Notes under the pieces: generated by a model
The model's database searches: none
The model's input: the letters and a program-made list of their open reading frames with translations, nothing else
What the model was told of the DNA's origin: nothing
NCBI GenBank assembly: GCA_002269645.1
Contig: NIVC01000100.1
Coordinates: forward strand, 806,001 to 870,000
Source of the DNA: Macrostomum lignano
Taxonomy: Eukaryota
DNA length: 64,000 nucleotides
Direction of reading: 5' to 3'
Part shown: positions 12,702 through 30,625 of the stretch, piece after piece
Numbering within the stretch: the stretch's first letter is position 1
Layout of the letters: every line of letters begins with the position of its first letter
Program-made: the position numbers and the translations under genes

Positions 12702-14278
12702 CACTGTAACTCAAACGAAAAAAATTAGGGTCGTAGTAAAAAAACACAGTCCTCTAGAGTTGATTCAATGCTTGAAACGTCAGGAAAAGTATTTTTTCAA
12801 AGAAAAAAAGACATTGCTAGACACGGGAAGTAAGGATAGACCCAAATCCTCGCCCCTCCCCTCCATTCCGAATCTGAAATTTGACATTTTGCACGCTGAC
12901 GAAATTCGCGAAAACGTCACGATTTTTTTATTATTCTAAGATATCGAGTTGCAATTGGCTATTGAACTTTAATCGGAAACAAATTTTATTTTAATTTTAC
13001 GCTTTTAACTTTTTAATGCACGACTAAAGTAGTAGGACTCAATCTTGCAATTAATTTGATAGAATTTTCCCCATTTTTTAGCAATATTTTATCCAGAATC
13101 GCCTCGACTGTATTTTTCTTAGTCTAGTTTTCTCTACCCATTATGGTCTATGGCAAAACCTGGTGTCAAAACGAAGTTGAAATTCACGGCAGGCCGCTCG
13201 ATGAAATTGTCTAGGGTAAATTCTCACTTAATTAGGCACTAAAGAACGGCTGGGGGTTCTTCGCGCACGAGTGCTTTTTGCTATAGACGTTCATGAATCA
13301 TTCATTCTGCACCAATTGCAAGAGTGCAAGCGTACGAGTGGGCGTCGCTAAACAGCCAGGCGTGTTAAATTTTGCTATGCTGGCTAATTACAACTACAAC
13401 TACAATCCAACCGCTCTAGTTGTCCATGAGATCTTATGCCTTATTAAATATTTCTTCGTTACTTCGGAATTTTCGAATGTTTAAATTCAATGCTATAAAA
13501 GTTTTACCTCGTACATGGTGTTTGCGCATTTTTAGTCACGTTTTGCGCTTTTTAACTCTATTCGGATTCGACTCTCGCTAACTTATCAGAGAGCATTGCA
13601 AAAGGCTTCATTTTGCGTCAGAACTTTGAGCGCGATCAGATAATTAATTAGAATCTGCACTAGGATCACCATGTGTACAAGTCTAATGCTTGCTTGCAGT
13701 GAGTAGTAACATTGATTAATCTGATACTCTTTAACTGTATGTCTTCATTAATAACCTTCTTTTCATTGCTAATTAAAACTGTCTCATGACTGATTGCGGA
13801 GATCTAGTTGGATCAATGACGAATATCTTTTTAGCAATCTGCTGGTAGGTTCCTTAAAACAGAAAATATTTGCTGATAAAGTTTTTTTTAATAGTTCGTC
13901 TTTTAATTCATTTTAGTGAAAGCTTAAGACTCGATGCATGGTCTTAAGAATCCGGTAATGAGTCTTACCGATTGCGGTAATAATGCAATCGGTAATGACA
14001 ACAAGAATCCGGTAATGATTTAACGTTCGATTAAAATTTTCTTACACAGCCGTATGTAAGCAATTGAAGCATACGTATTCTGCGGCATGACGGCCCCTCT
14101 TATATTCTCGTTTTTATAGCTTTTTGTAGCCTATTTAAGCTTACACGCATTGAGTTTAATGCAACTTAATTCAAGATATGTTTTTTAAAGTAATTGCGCT
14201 TTTGTGTATGGTGGCAACGGTGCTCAGTGCTCCCAGAACTGGCACAGCTGTACAGTCCAAAAACTAGGTGGATCGCCA

Positions 14279-14425
14279 CACACACCCTCAATTACCCCAG
14301 CTAATGCTGGTACCCTATTTTACAGCTGGGTTAACTGAAGAAATTGAGAGTTAAATGTCTTGCTCAAGGACAAAAACCGTTTCGAAAAGTCCTGAGTCTG
14401 ACGCTCTAACCACTAGGCTACAGCT
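14279..14425 (-). mobile_element. CORE-like tRNA-SINE, partial copy 2
   Basis: Reverse complement of the head and core (..TTTTACAGCTGGG..CTTGCTCAAGGA..GACGCTCTAACCACTAGGCTACA). Confidence 0.75.
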
Positions 14426-15980
14426 CCTATGGCTCCTAATTATAATTGCAACTGCTCGCATGTGTCAACAGACAGATTTTCTAATCATACACTCTGTGTG
14501 CCTCTGTGGGCTGGCCCTCATGGGTGTAAATCGACCCGGTAAATTTTCATGCTCAAGTAATCGAACCAGGGGTCGTGTGTGCGAGAGTCAGCCGCGTTTA
14601 GCCCTCCAGTAGCACACGAAGACGCCAAGCGTCCCTACACGACGCTTGCCGGCCCGAGAACATCCTACGGCTCATCCGGTTCCTCCAGGCCACCAAACGA
14701 GCCTCCGTCTTCCCCACCGAAGACAACGCTGCAGACAGGACCGGCAGACCTCCATGACGGGCCCCGCGCCCTAGCCTATGCGGGTCTTTCAGGGATTAGC
14801 GGAATGGGCGACGCTCGCCTCCCCGCTGCGTCTTCGGACCGCCCTGCAGCTAAGTCAAGTAAGTCAAGCCCTCCAGTTAGTGCGACCAAAGATAAACGAC
14901 TATGCTTGGCACTTGCAGATGCCACCCTTAGCAACCTGAATCTCAGGTTAATTTACCATTTGTTCGCTGCTACAGAAGGTGTCGTTGGTAGACTATTTAA
15001 CTACATTAGCCCGTGTACAGCCAATGAAAAAATCTGCTTAACATCCCTTCTCGTGTTGATAAATTCGATCCCTGAACAGTGGCATTTTCAAACACTGGTC
15101 GAGGTGTTTTGAAAATGCTAAATGACTGACCCAAATTTAACCATTTTGTCACTCCATTGCGATATAGTAGTCAGGAGCACCAAAACAGTTTTACGTTGCA
15201 ATAAATGAATTTGCTAGTGCCCAGGTATTGTCCAAAGCCAACCAGTAATCTAATAAGACTTCAGATACTTTTTGTAGGATTATCTTCATTACCTCCGAAT
15301 CAAGGAGGACTGCCGGAGCCTCTACCGTATCCAAAATCTGTTTCTACCCCGTAATAAGCAAAATTCTAGGCCCCCTGCTGAGCAAGTGCTGAGATGCGAG
15401 CTCAGACTGTCCATTCACTGGATCACGGAGCATGAGATCAGGAGCTGTTCTCGTGAGCCGCTGCGAAAAAGTCTGTTGTTCCAATAAAATCCGAGGAAAA
15501 CCTTATTGCCGGCAGACTGCACGATCCACGGGTGTGTTTTAATAATTGATATTTTGAGACAACATCCAGCCAAATACTTTTAGTTCTTTTTTACGACAAA
15601 ATATTTTTCTGAGACAGGTTTTTCAAAAGAATTCTGCATTTAACGTCCATCATAATTGACAGGTCTTTCATACAAATGCATATGAAGTATTGACATTTTA
15701 TAGAATTTGAGCAAAGGAAGAAGTTCACTAACGAAAAAGAGTGAATTGAGTTACCTATCAGAAGATATATTTCGAAAGCAAAGGTTGAAAGAGAAGACAG
15801 CCATCTTTAATATCGATTCAAAGTTCGATTCCAAGACCAAATAGCTATAAAAAGAACACTGAAAAGTTAAGCACTAACAATTGCCAACAATTTCCATTGA
15901 GAAAAGCAGACCAAAATTTCCATTCAAAATTTCCTGCAGTCAAGTACGAGTATTTTCGGCATGTCTGAAAAATTAGGAAG

Positions 15981-16265
15981 GCTTGTAGCCTAGTCGTTAG
16001 GGCGTCGGACTCACGACTTGAAGGTCAAGGGTTCGATTCCCAATCCCACTCGAGCAATTCGTGTCCTTAAGCAAGGCACTTAACTCTGCACTGCTTCAAT
16101 TCACCCAGCTGTAAAATGGGTACCAGCATTAGCTGAGGTAATTGAGGGTGTGTAATGACCCCCAGTCCTTGGACTGAACAGCCGTACGCAGCCTTCAGAT
16201 GCGATGCGCAATAGCTGCGGCTGAGCTGTCGGTTGCACATCCGGCCATCAGAGCAGGTGTAATCA
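15981..16265 (+). mobile_element. CORE-like tRNA-SINE, copy 3 (most intact)
   Basis: A box TAGCCTAGTCGTTAGGGC, B box GGTTCGATTCC, core CCTTAAGCAAGGCACTT..CACCCAGCTGTAAAATGGGTACC, and a tail shared with copy 1. Confidence 0.85.
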
Positions 16266-16852
16266 ATTATTATCATTAAAAAAATAGCTTGATACACCTG
16301 GAACTTCGTTCAATGAAACTCATTGATGTTCCATTAACTCAGAGCATTTTAAAGGCTTAAAGGGTGCGATAGTGAGGATTTAGTACAAAAAACTAAACAA
16401 ATGCATCGAAAACCGAGCCTCCAAGAGTAATTTTCACGATTTCCGAGTACAACGTCCTTTTTACTTTTAGTTGTCCATGGCTAGATTTCAATGGGAATGG
16501 ATGCATGCTCAGGGGAATCTCGAAGCCGAAACCAGATTAAACAGGTCTCACTTTTCAATTTAGCTCCTGTCACGCGCCGACAATGATGAAGCCAGGAGGG
16601 AACTAATTAAATCGCGTGATTGTGGGAACTAACCTTTAATCTATCGCGAAACACGAACTCTGCCAACGATTCTAGCTCGTAGCAGGAGATTTTTCGACAT
16701 CTGATCTCCAGAAAAATGATTTCCCAACCCTTCGTTGGACCATTTCCAATTGGCTTGGGGTCCTAATAAATTTGAATTGATTTTGGATGTTATACGCTCG
16801 TACGTAGACGCTGGGCTACAGGCTGCTGAGAGAAATAAGTAAGTGTCAATAG

Positions 16853-16862
16853 AAATATATAA
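16853..16862 (+). promoter_or_regulatory. TATA-like box upstream of protease 1
   Basis: AATATATAAG about 55 nt upstream of the signal-peptide ATG at 16913; positional inference only. Confidence 0.35.
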
Positions 16863-16912
16863 GCCTCCTGAGTCTTTTGATTTAAAGAGACATCAATTTT
16901 TTTTTGAAGAAA

Positions 16913-19900
16913 ATGGCAGCAAAACTGCTGCTTGTTGTTGCCGTTTTCATTGTTGTTCATTCGGCTGAAGCCTCGGTGCCGTCTTATAGAGGTCAGAACT
17001 TGCTCTAATTGCATTGCGTTTTACTATTTTACCTTTTTGTATTTGTAAGTAATTAGTGCCTCATTTTATTCATCACATTCAAACTGGTTCCTTTGAACCG
17101 CTGTAACTTGCGCCAACTAGCCATGTAAACTAGCTCGTTGCCAACCCGTTAGTGTAAGTATCGGAACGTTCCGGTCCGCGAAGCCTCTCTATCCGGTCAT
17201 CGGGTCCTTTGAAACTTCAAAATAGCAATCCGACCTGCTTGAGGTTTGTGCCTATTTTCAGCTCCCATACTTCTTTTCTCCGTATTCTCTTTTCTCATCT
17301 CTCCTCTCCTTTAATCTCTCTTCTTATCTTCTCTCATCTCACAACCACTCGCTGCTTGAATGACTGCAGCACCTTCTTAACTAGCTAACATATTGATAGC
17401 TAGCCGTTCTCTTCCACTGCCTGCAGCCAGAAGCCGACCGGCAGTCTGCTATAAATCTTTAAGCATCGACGCCGGGAAGCCGCGACGCTCTGACGACGAC
17501 TCAGAGCGGCTCGCAGGCAAGCGAATCGTCAACGGTCGGGAGTCAAGACACGGGAAGTGGCCATGGATGGTGTCGCTGCGCAGTAGATACCTCGAATTTT
17601 ACGATTTCGTTGCCACAACTGCTGGGGTTCCGCACAAGAATCATATTTGCGGCGGCGCGCTCATCTCGCCTAGATGGGTTCTGTCGGCGAGGCACTGCTT
17701 TAAGGATGGCACGGTTGAGTATCGTAAAGATGGCAGGTGAGTATTTTGATTGGGTATGTGAGTATGGGGCGATTTAGACAGGAATGAATGCAGCCATTTA
17801 GACACTATTCAATTGGGCGATTTAGGCATCCCTGAATTGAGTGATATAGACACGATTAAATGGAACGATTTAGACATAAATCGCCTAAATCGTGGGCGAT
17901 TTAGACAGGCCTTAATAGAGCGATTTAGACAGGCCTGAATGGGGCGATTTAGAACGATTCAATGGGACGATTTAGACAGGCCTTAATAGGGCGATTTAGA
18001 AAGGCCTTAATAGGGCGATTTAGACAGGCCTGAATGGGGCGATTTAGACAGGCCTGAATGAGGCGATTTAGACAGGCCTGAATGGGGCGATTTAGACAGG
18101 CCTGAATGAGGCGATTTAGACAGGCCTGAATGGGGCGATTTAGAAACGATTCAATGGGACGCTTTAGGCAGGCCTGAATGAGGCGATTTAGACAGGATTC
18201 AATGGGGCGATTTAGACAGGCCTGAATGAGGCGATTTAGACATCCCTGAATTGAGTGATTTATACACGATTCAATGGAACGATTTAGACAGGCCTGAATG
18301 GGGCGAATTTGACATAATTCAATGGGGCGATTTAGACACGACTGCACAGGGGCGATAGTAAGACGACTGTACACGAGGCTTACGAGCGTAAAAGTACATT
18401 CACTTGTCATTTGTCATTTTCCCAGAACTTCACCCATCTACCTTTCCTTATACAGGAACATAGTCAGATATCTGACAAAAAGTAACCCCAAAGACTGGTT
18501 AGCTGTCATCGGAGAGCACGAAATACTGCAAGAGGACAACACGGAGCTGGAAATCCCGATTGAGAAGATATTTCTATCTCCAATTTACGAAGGTAAGAGT
18601 AGTTCGAAATGTATGATGGGCACTTTTGCGTGTATTATTGTTGCACTATGACAGTTCTCTATCGCCTATCAGAGTTATCAGAGGAACCTTTGCAAGATGA
18701 TTTATGTGAAAGACAAGATCCAAGTAATTGTTTCCTACACGTGCATCAAAAATATGTCCATACAACCCATTCACTACCACCGATAGCCAGCCCAAATGCT
18801 GAGCCGTACCACCAGGATATGGCTTTGCTCAAACTGAGTCGCCCGGTGCCACTGTCCGAGTATGCTCAACCCGCCTGCCTGGAAGAACCCGGCCAAGCCG
18901 CTAAGCCTGGAGACTCGTGCTTCATAGCTGGATGGGGCAGCGTCATTACTGGTGGTAAACTGGAATTTACATCGCTTATTTCCATTGCTTTATTTCGTAC
19001 ATTTGATGTAACCGCCCTTGTCGCCCGTCCGCTCCGTTGAGAGACGAATGCATGACCAGAGGGGGCAATGACCGTAGGCTGTCTATGACCGGGCAATGAC
19101 CTGACGGACCTCCAGCACCAGACTGTCCCAGACTGGGTATGATCGGGAACTCTGGGCTCAATCAGGAGGATTTCTTAGCAGGGGATCCTTTGTGGCTGTG
19201 AGCGAGGCTGACTTGCGGCTTTAATTACTAAGAGTAGTGTGGGGCGAACATGTACTGTCTCTAGTTTAGATTGCTCAGGGCGAAGGGACGCGTCAGCATG
19301 GGGTTGCAACCTTCCTACTGCCATTCTGTGCCAAGACTCGCTAATTCCCTCTACTGCACGCACACTCGGATCCGCAGCACGCACTCACAGACGGGCTTTG
19401 CACGGGGAGAGGCCATTAGCTTACCCAAACTTCCTTATGCTTTGCCACCCAGGGAGAAAGGCTTAGCGAGCCATGAATTAAATGATGGTGAAAGTGTGAA
19501 TAATGAGGAGTTTAGTAATAGTTAATAATTAGGCCCTTAGGTAAGATAATCAGGCAATTAGGCGGCTTCACTATTGAGTAAAATACAGCAAATAATACGG
19601 TATCACAACTGGCTCAGCTCTCTAATCAAGCAATGGAAAATAGGCAAGCCCCGGATAAGCAAGGCAATTAGAGGACAAATTAGTAACAGGAACTTACCGG
19701 CAGCTGCACAGAGAGAGGGAGCGACGGAGTGACCGTGGGCGGCTGTTGGCTGCAGACAGGCAGACTGGGAAGCGGCGATGCGCTGAAGCGACGAGGCGCT
19801 GATGTAGTTCAGGCGATGCTGAAGATGCTGGGCGGTTGGCCGGCAGACGAGCTCACTTGGGGAGCCGAGGTGACTTGGCGGTAACAGACCGAGGACCGGC

Positions 19901-22900
19901 AGAGGTTCGTCCTATAGACGAAAGGGTCAGATCAAGGTCTGACAGCAAGTCCATAGAAGGACCAGAGGAGAGCCGAAGTAACGCTTCTGGGGATTCTCAT
20001 GCCGAAAACCGCTTCCTTAAATAGCCTTCCTAGCCGCCGCTCCAATCGTTTCCATGACTCCCTCTCTCTGATTGGCTGCCGGCAAAATGACGTCAGAATG
20101 AGTCATGATGAGAAGCATGAGAACGGCATAGCAACATGAGAAATGGAAAAATTGCGCAATCCGGAGGTAGGGTGGGAGGATAATTGGCGCATCGGAAGGT
20201 CGCGAAAGTGTTGCGCAAGCAAACATTGAGAACAATAGGGCTGGGGTCGAGAACAAAGGAAATGGAAATCAGGGATAATTGGGGAGAATCGAGAACAATA
20301 GAAAAGTAAACATTGAAGAAAAGGTGCTAATTGGGTGCGAAAACGGGAACAAAAGAAAGAGAAAATCCGGGAAAATGTGATAATTGGGTGCGAAAGGAGA
20401 ACAAAAGAATCAAAAACGAGAACAATAGAAGCGGAGGTGAGGTGGGTGTCGTATGAGAAATTTGGGGAGGAGAACAATGGCATGAGAAAAGGTTGCGCAA
20501 GAGAGGGTGATGAGTCATCGATGAGTCATTGAAGGGAAAGAGGGCTCACAAGACTTGCGTCACCGTTTGGGAGTTTTAGAAGGGGTGGGTGACGGTGAGC
20601 GCACAAAGTACTGTAAGAAGACACCGAAAAAAGGGGGGACAGCGCAGGAAAACAGTGCACAAAGAGACAAAAAGACGGGAATCGGGAAGAGTACATAATG
20701 AATAGGGTAGAGCGCATAGGAGATAGGGGAGCGGGTGAGGTACAGAAAGAGATAGGGGCTCCGGAAAGGCATGTGTGGCGGAGTGGGAGACGGAGCCGAG
20801 GCAGCAGGGGGTGCAGCAGAGCGGGAGTCTGCAGGCCTGGTCAAAGACCTGGCCCAGTCTCGACGGCTCTGCTCAGGAGGTGCTCGGAGATCGGAGGTAC
20901 TTTCGAAAAATTTCCCCTGCCGTATCCCGCGACCAGAGCGTGGTTACATCACATTACCTTTTCAATTGGAATTCTCATCAATGGATCTAATGTTTTTCAC
21001 AGCGCGGGTGCACTCTTCAGTACTGAGGCATGCAAAAGTCGATGTTCTGAACCCAGTGCACTGTCAAACTTACAATTGGATGGAACCCGGCAGCTTCAAA
21101 CCTGGAGAACTTTGCGCAGCCGGATTGAGCCACGCCACCGACGCTTGTCAGGTAGCTAGCAATTTTTTGGAAGGCAAAATGCGCGAGTTAATTTCGATGC
21201 CTAGAGGTCCTTGGTTCAAATTTAGGAAAGAAAATGCTAATTTAGATCTTCGATCTTTAGTTATTGTGCGATTCCATTTGTAGCTCGTACATGCCTGACG
21301 ACCAAGAAATTCAGGTGTGAACACGTTACTCTGTCGTGAGTATGGAGCAATTTAGACAGGCCGGAATGGGGCGATTTAGACACAATTAATTCGGCGATTT
21401 AGACACGATTCAATCGGAAATGTAGACACGATTCAATGGGCGATTCAGACACGACTCAATGGGCGATCTAGACACGACTCAATGGGCGATCTAGACACGA
21501 CTCAATGGGCGATCTAGACACGATTCAATCGGCAATGTAGACACGATTCAATGGGCGATCTAGACACGACTCAATGGGCGATCTAGACACGACACAATGG
21601 GCGATCTAGACACGACTCAATGGGCGATCTAGACACGATTCAATCGGCAATGTAGACACGATTCAATGGGCGATCTAGACACGACTCAATAGGCGATCTA
21701 GACACGACTCAATGGGCGATTTAGACACGATTCAATGGGCGATTTAGACACGATTTAAACAACAATGTAGACACGATTCAATGGGCGATTCAGACACGAC
21801 TCAATCAACAATGTAGACACGATTCAATGGGCGATTTAGACACGATTCAATGGGCGATTTAGATACGATTCAATGGGCGATTTAGACACGATTCAATGGG
21901 CGATTTAGACACGATTCAATGGGCGATTTAGACACGATTCAATGGGCGATTTAGACACGATTCAATGGGCGATTTAGACACGATTCAATAGGCGATCTAG
22001 ACACGATTCAATGGGCGATTCAGACACGATTCAATCGGCAATGTAGACACGATTAAATCAGCGATTTAGACACGATTCAATGGGCGATTCAGACACGACT
22101 CAATCAACAATGTAGACACGATTCAATGGGCGATTTAGACACGATTCAATGGGCGATTTAGACACGATTCAATGGGCGATTTAGACACGATTCAATGGGC
22201 GATTTAGACACGATTCAATGGGCGATTTAGACACGATTCAATGGGCGATTTAGACACGATTCAATAGGCGATCTAGACACGATTCAATGGGCGATTCAGA
22301 CACGATTCAATCGGCAATGTAGACACGATTAAATCAGCGATTTAGACACGATTCAATGGGCGATTTAGACACGATTCAATAGGCGATTTAGACACGATTC
22401 AATGGGCGATTTAGACACGATTCAATGGGCGATTTAGACACGATTCAATGGGCGATCTAGACACGACTCAATAGGCGATCTAGACACGACTCAATGGGCG
22501 ATTTAGACACGATTCAATGGGCGATTTAGACACGATTTAAACAACAATGTAGACACGATTCAATGGGCGATTCAGACACGACTCAATCAACAATGTAGAC
22601 ACGATTCAATGGGCGATTTAGACACGATTCAATAGGCGATTTAGACACGATTCAATGGGCGATTTAGACACGATTCAATGGGCGATTTAGACACGATTCA
22701 ATGGGCGATTTAGACACGATTCAATGGGCGATTTAGACACGATTCAATAGGCGATCTAGACACGATTCAATGGGCGATTCAGACACGATTCAATCGTCAA
22801 TGTAGACACGATTAAATCAGCGATTTAGACACGATTCAATGGGCGATTTAGACACGATTCAATAGGCGATTTAGACACGATTCAATGGGCGATTTAGACA

Positions 22901-24184
22901 CGATTCAATGGGCGATTTAGACACGATTCAATGGGCGATTTAGACACGATTCAATGGGCGATTTAGACACGATTCAATGGGCGATTTAGACACGATTCAA
23001 TGGGCGATTTAGACACGATTCAATGGGCGATTTAGACACGATTAAATGGGCGACTTAAACACGATTCAATGGGCGACTTAAACACGATTCAATCGACAAC
23101 GTAGACACGATTCAATGGGGCGATTTAGACACGATTAAATGGGCGACTTAGACACGACTCAATGGGCGACTTAGACACGATTCAATGGGCGATTTAGACA
23201 CGATTCAATAGGCGATTTAGACACGATTCAATGGGCGATTTAGACACGATTCAATGGGCGATTTAGACACGATTCAATGGGCGATTTAGACACGATTCAA
23301 TGGGCGATTTAGACACGATTCAATGGGCGATTTAGACACGATTAAATGGGCGACTTAAACACGATTCAATGGGCGACTTAAACACGATTCAATCGACAAC
23401 GTAGACACGATTCAATGGGGCGATTTAGACACGATTAAATGGGCGACTTAGACACGACTCAATGGGCGACTTAGACACGATTCAATGGGCGATTTAGACA
23501 CGATTCAATAGGCGATTTAGACACGATTCAATGGGCGATTTAGACACGATTCAATGGGCGATTTAGACACGATTCAATAGGCGATTTAGACACGATTCAA
23601 TGGGCGATTTAGACACGATTCAATGGGCGATTTAGACACGATTAAATGGGCGACTTAAACACGATTCAATGGGCAACTTAAACACGATTCAATCGACAAC
23701 GTAGACACGATTCAATGGGCGATTTAGACACGATTCAATAGGCGATTTAGACACGATTCAATGGGCGATTTAGACACGATTCAATGGGCGATTTAGACAC
23801 GATTAAATGGGCGACTTAAACACGATTCAATGGGCAACTTAAACACGATTCAATCGACAACGTAGACACGATTCAATGGGCGATTTAGACACGATTCAAT
23901 AGGCGATTTAGACACGCGTATACACTCAAAACCCTATCCCGGCACTTAATATAACGGTAAAACTAGGTAAATGCAACATTCCTAATGCTATACGAGTAAA
24001 ACTCCATCCAACACAGTTCGACAGCGGTGGCCCTCTGATGTGCTACAATTCGGCCAGAAAAGGTTGGTTTCTATCCGGTATCATCTCCCGTGGTGTAGGC
24101 TGCGCCAACGAGTACTTTCCAGGAATTTATGCGAACGTCACCGCCAACATTGACTGGATTGAGAAGACCATGGCGTCCGAGTGA
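16913..24184 (+). CDS. Secreted trypsin-like (S1A) serine protease 1, about 336 aa, 6 exons
   Basis: Exons 16913-16991 (signal peptide [20 protein letters not shown]), 17427-17736 (KR|IVNG, LSARHC), 18456-18592, 18787-18954 (QDMALL, GWG), 21003-21151 (DACQ), 24017-24184 (FDSGGP, PGIY). All phases join; His, Asp and Ser of the triad are present, and Asp189 is present. Confidence 0.92.
17765..18340. repeat. About 24-bp minisatellite (GGGGCGATTTAGACAGGCCTGAAT) in protease 1 intron 2
   Basis: Visible tandem units, partly degenerate. Confidence 0.92.
19004..20951 (-). mobile_element. Long solo LTR (1948 bp) in protease 1 intron 4
   Basis: 10-bp inverted termini TGATGTAACC...GGTTACATCA; 4-bp TSD CATT at 19000-19003 and 20952-20955; no coding capacity recognised. 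Orientation is inferred from a TATTTAA-like motif on the minus strand near 20017. Confidence 0.75.
21350..23915. repeat. 23-bp satellite (GGGCGATTTAGACACGATTCAAT), about 110 units with higher-order blocks, in protease 1 intron 5
   Basis: Visible period of 23; the lines starting at 23041 and 23341 are identical (300-bp period). Confidence 0.97.
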
Positions 24185-26267
24185 CAGTCCTGTCACAAAC
24201 ACTGAAAAAAACTGAAACTGAAGCCGCAACAATAAAAGACAAATACACTGACCAGCGCAATAACTTTAATTCAATAAGAATTGTCAAACAAGCAATTGTA
24301 CGTCTTTAATTATTACCTATCTTCTTTGAACTCACGTGCCGCGCTTGATGGGTCAACGAAATATCGTTGTTTTAAAAATAGATTTAACAAAAATACGCAG
24401 ATTTTGTTTGAATTATTAGAGTGACTGCGACGTGTGAATATTGGATCAGCTGCACTCGACCAGAGCAGTGCAAACAAACTGCTGAGTGCTTTCTCTAATT
24501 TAAAATTTCAGTTTTCTTCGAGTTTGCTTCTAACATACGTGCCAGGGCATGCTTTCTATCTTCATTGCCATTGGCAGGATGATGGGAAGTTTTCATGTTT
24601 CTTTGGCATCAAATTGACAATTTCTCACCTTCTGGAACATTGAAGAATGGCAACACGCACAGACAGTTGTGTTTTCTATATTTCTATGCGTACGAGCGTT
24701 CTTTTAGTTACTGTGCATGCAGTTTTACCATAGACATACTCAATAGAGAAAACTCTACAGGAAAATTTGCGCCAAGAAGATGGAAAAAGCAGCGAATAGC
24801 AGATTGCTCGGAAGTTCCAGATATGAAAAAAACCACGTCATTAGAACGGCTTGGTATAAGATGAAGATACTTGAAGCAACTGCACGATGACTCTGAGCTG
24901 AGCTGACTGAATGTTCTACCTCATAGCTCACCTTTAGACAAGCTGCTGGGTCTCGGGTAACTTCGAATTTTGGCGATCTCGTGAATCAGCTCTATTTTGA
25001 ATGCCTCATGAGCTCAGTGGCTATGAGATGCGTGTTTTTTGCAACATTTTTGTTGCAGAGTCTAGTCTGTTGTGACAGTGCGGCGTGATTTAGTTTACAC
25101 GACTCATTGAATAGTTTTTTTTTCTTAATATTGAGTCATACCCAAGCGTCTCCAAATATATCGAATCAATCCTAAAACACAACAGAGTCATAAACACCTC
25201 TGATACTGCCGCCCCTTTCCGAAACCATCATGTTCTGCTCGAATAACGTCGAGATTTGGAGTCTCTAGAACAGCGAGTTGTGCGCCAGCTTCAAACTAAG
25301 CGCCTAGCGAGTCACCCATCGAGCATTTCGTCTCGATTAGGGCCTTTAAATGGCAAGTAGGATGAGCGAAGGATGTTTTAGCTGAAAGCTGTAATTTTTT
25401 ATTTTTCTTTTCTATGCGGGACTTATCAATCTAATCACACCCCCCCCCCAAAAGCATTCATTCTACGTATACTCGTACAGAATGATAGAGTCGCTTTCTA
25501 TCAACTCTACCCCAGCAACCCCAGCAACTTCCAAATTGGGCAATATTGCTTCTTCCCACGTAACATCTTAGAAAATTGTTCCAGCTCAGAAGCAGTGTTG
25601 CTTCAATCCTCATTGCTTGCTTCAATCAGCCACCCGCTTAGTTTCAATTTTCATTCGCTTCCCTGAGAGATCCAGATCATTCCAGCACAGGGAATCTCCT
25701 TTAGCTACTGCCCGGTACGATTGTCTGAAGCTAGAAATCTGGATACCAACCAAAGCCTAATTTAGCTCTTAGCATAATTGATAACATAGGGAGTAAAATT
25801 TCCATAAAATTCCAAGTTTCTAACAATTTTATAGTAAGAAAATTGTTATTAATTCCCAAGAGTGTTTCCGACCCGATTCGCAAAACACTTCCCAAACCTC
25901 ATTTGCGTTCGAGCCTCAATCCGAAAAGCCGATTATTGGTTTTAGTTATGCAGCAGTAGGCACAGAGAAATTCTTGTCTTCTCCAGATCGTGTCAGACTC
26001 TCGTCTGCCTCCTCGCTGTGCAAAATTGAAATTTTGCTTCTTCCAATAGCGCTCGAGATGAGGTGAGGGGAGATGTCCCGCCTATCCTGCTTGGGAGAGA
26101 TAAATCATATGCCAGGTGATACCTCACAACAGGCTTGCTGTAAGCAGAGGAGAAGCTCAAATCATTGGCAAGGATAATTTCTTCTTCTTTGAAAATCGAA
26201 TTCTTGATACATCGAAATTATTTTCTGCTAGCTCAGATTCGTTATTTCATCTCGGCAGGAAAAAAGC

Positions 26268-29878
<3,611 letters not shown>

Positions 29879-30199
29879 GCTGCCAGAAAGGTCTTTGTGC
29901 GATTCTACCTGACGTGTCGTACCGACCTGCCATTTCTAAAAGTTAATTAATACGCACCGCCAACAACAGTGACATAAGCCTCCTTGATTTATGAGCCTCC
30001 GAGCTGTGGCTAAGCAAAAACGAAAATAAAAAACCTAAATGGAGACGCAATTGGAAATGTGCGCTTTGGTAGCGACGAACATCTCTTTGAACAATCATTC
30101 AAAAATGTCAAAGTTAACCGCGATAGTTTATTGAATTCTTTATTAACGTTACTATCATGATATTCAATATATATTAAGAAAGTTTGCTTAACTAAGAAC

Positions 30200-30625
30200 G
30201 TCAGTCTGTTAGATAGGCCCCTCAGTCTGTTAGATAGGGTTGCCAATATGTTAGGTAGAAGCGCCGATCTGTTCGACAGTGATTGAGTCTGTTAGATAGC
30301 GACAAAATTCTGTTAGATAGGGTGTCAGTCTGCTAGACAGGGGCGTCAGTCTGATAGACAGGAGAGTCATTCTGTTAGACAGAGTTGTCAGTCTGTTAGA
30401 CAAAGGTGTCAGTCTGTTAGACAAAGGTGTCAGTCTGTTAGACAAAGGTGTCAGTCTGTTAGACAAAGGTGTCAGTCTGTTAGACAAAGGTGTCAGTCTG
30501 TTAGAAAGGAGAGTCAGCCTGTTAGACAGGTGTCCGTCTGTTAGACAGAGGTGTCAGTCTGTTAGATAGAGGCACCGGTCTGTTAGACAAAGTTGTCAGT
30601 CTGTTAGACGGGGCTGTTAGATAGA
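30200..30625. repeat. About 21-bp minisatellite (GTCAGTCTGTTAGACAAAGGT)
   Basis: Perfect central units with degenerate flanks. Confidence 0.9.

Noticed and set aside
12890-12925. CTGACGA...GAAA motif resembling a hammerhead ribozyme core (also near 43826)
   Set aside because: Stems I-III cannot be formed around the core.
14579-15112. 177-aa Ser/Pro-rich ORF
   Set aside because: No recognisable domain or splice structure; the GC-rich segment is more likely a TE remnant, and I found no termini.
16357-16639. TTAA-flanked segment resembling a Kolobok/piggyBac-type MITE
   Set aside because: Only about 3 bp of terminal inverted match; TTAA is common in this AT-rich DNA.
20771-21283. 170-aa ORF as a separate third protease
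   Set aside because: Its 5' part lies in the solo LTR; the protease-like part is exon 5 (21003-21151) of protease 1.
21350-23915. CRISPR-like appearance of the 23-bp array
   Set aside because: Units are directly adjacent with no unique spacers, there are no cas genes, and the context is a eukaryotic intron.
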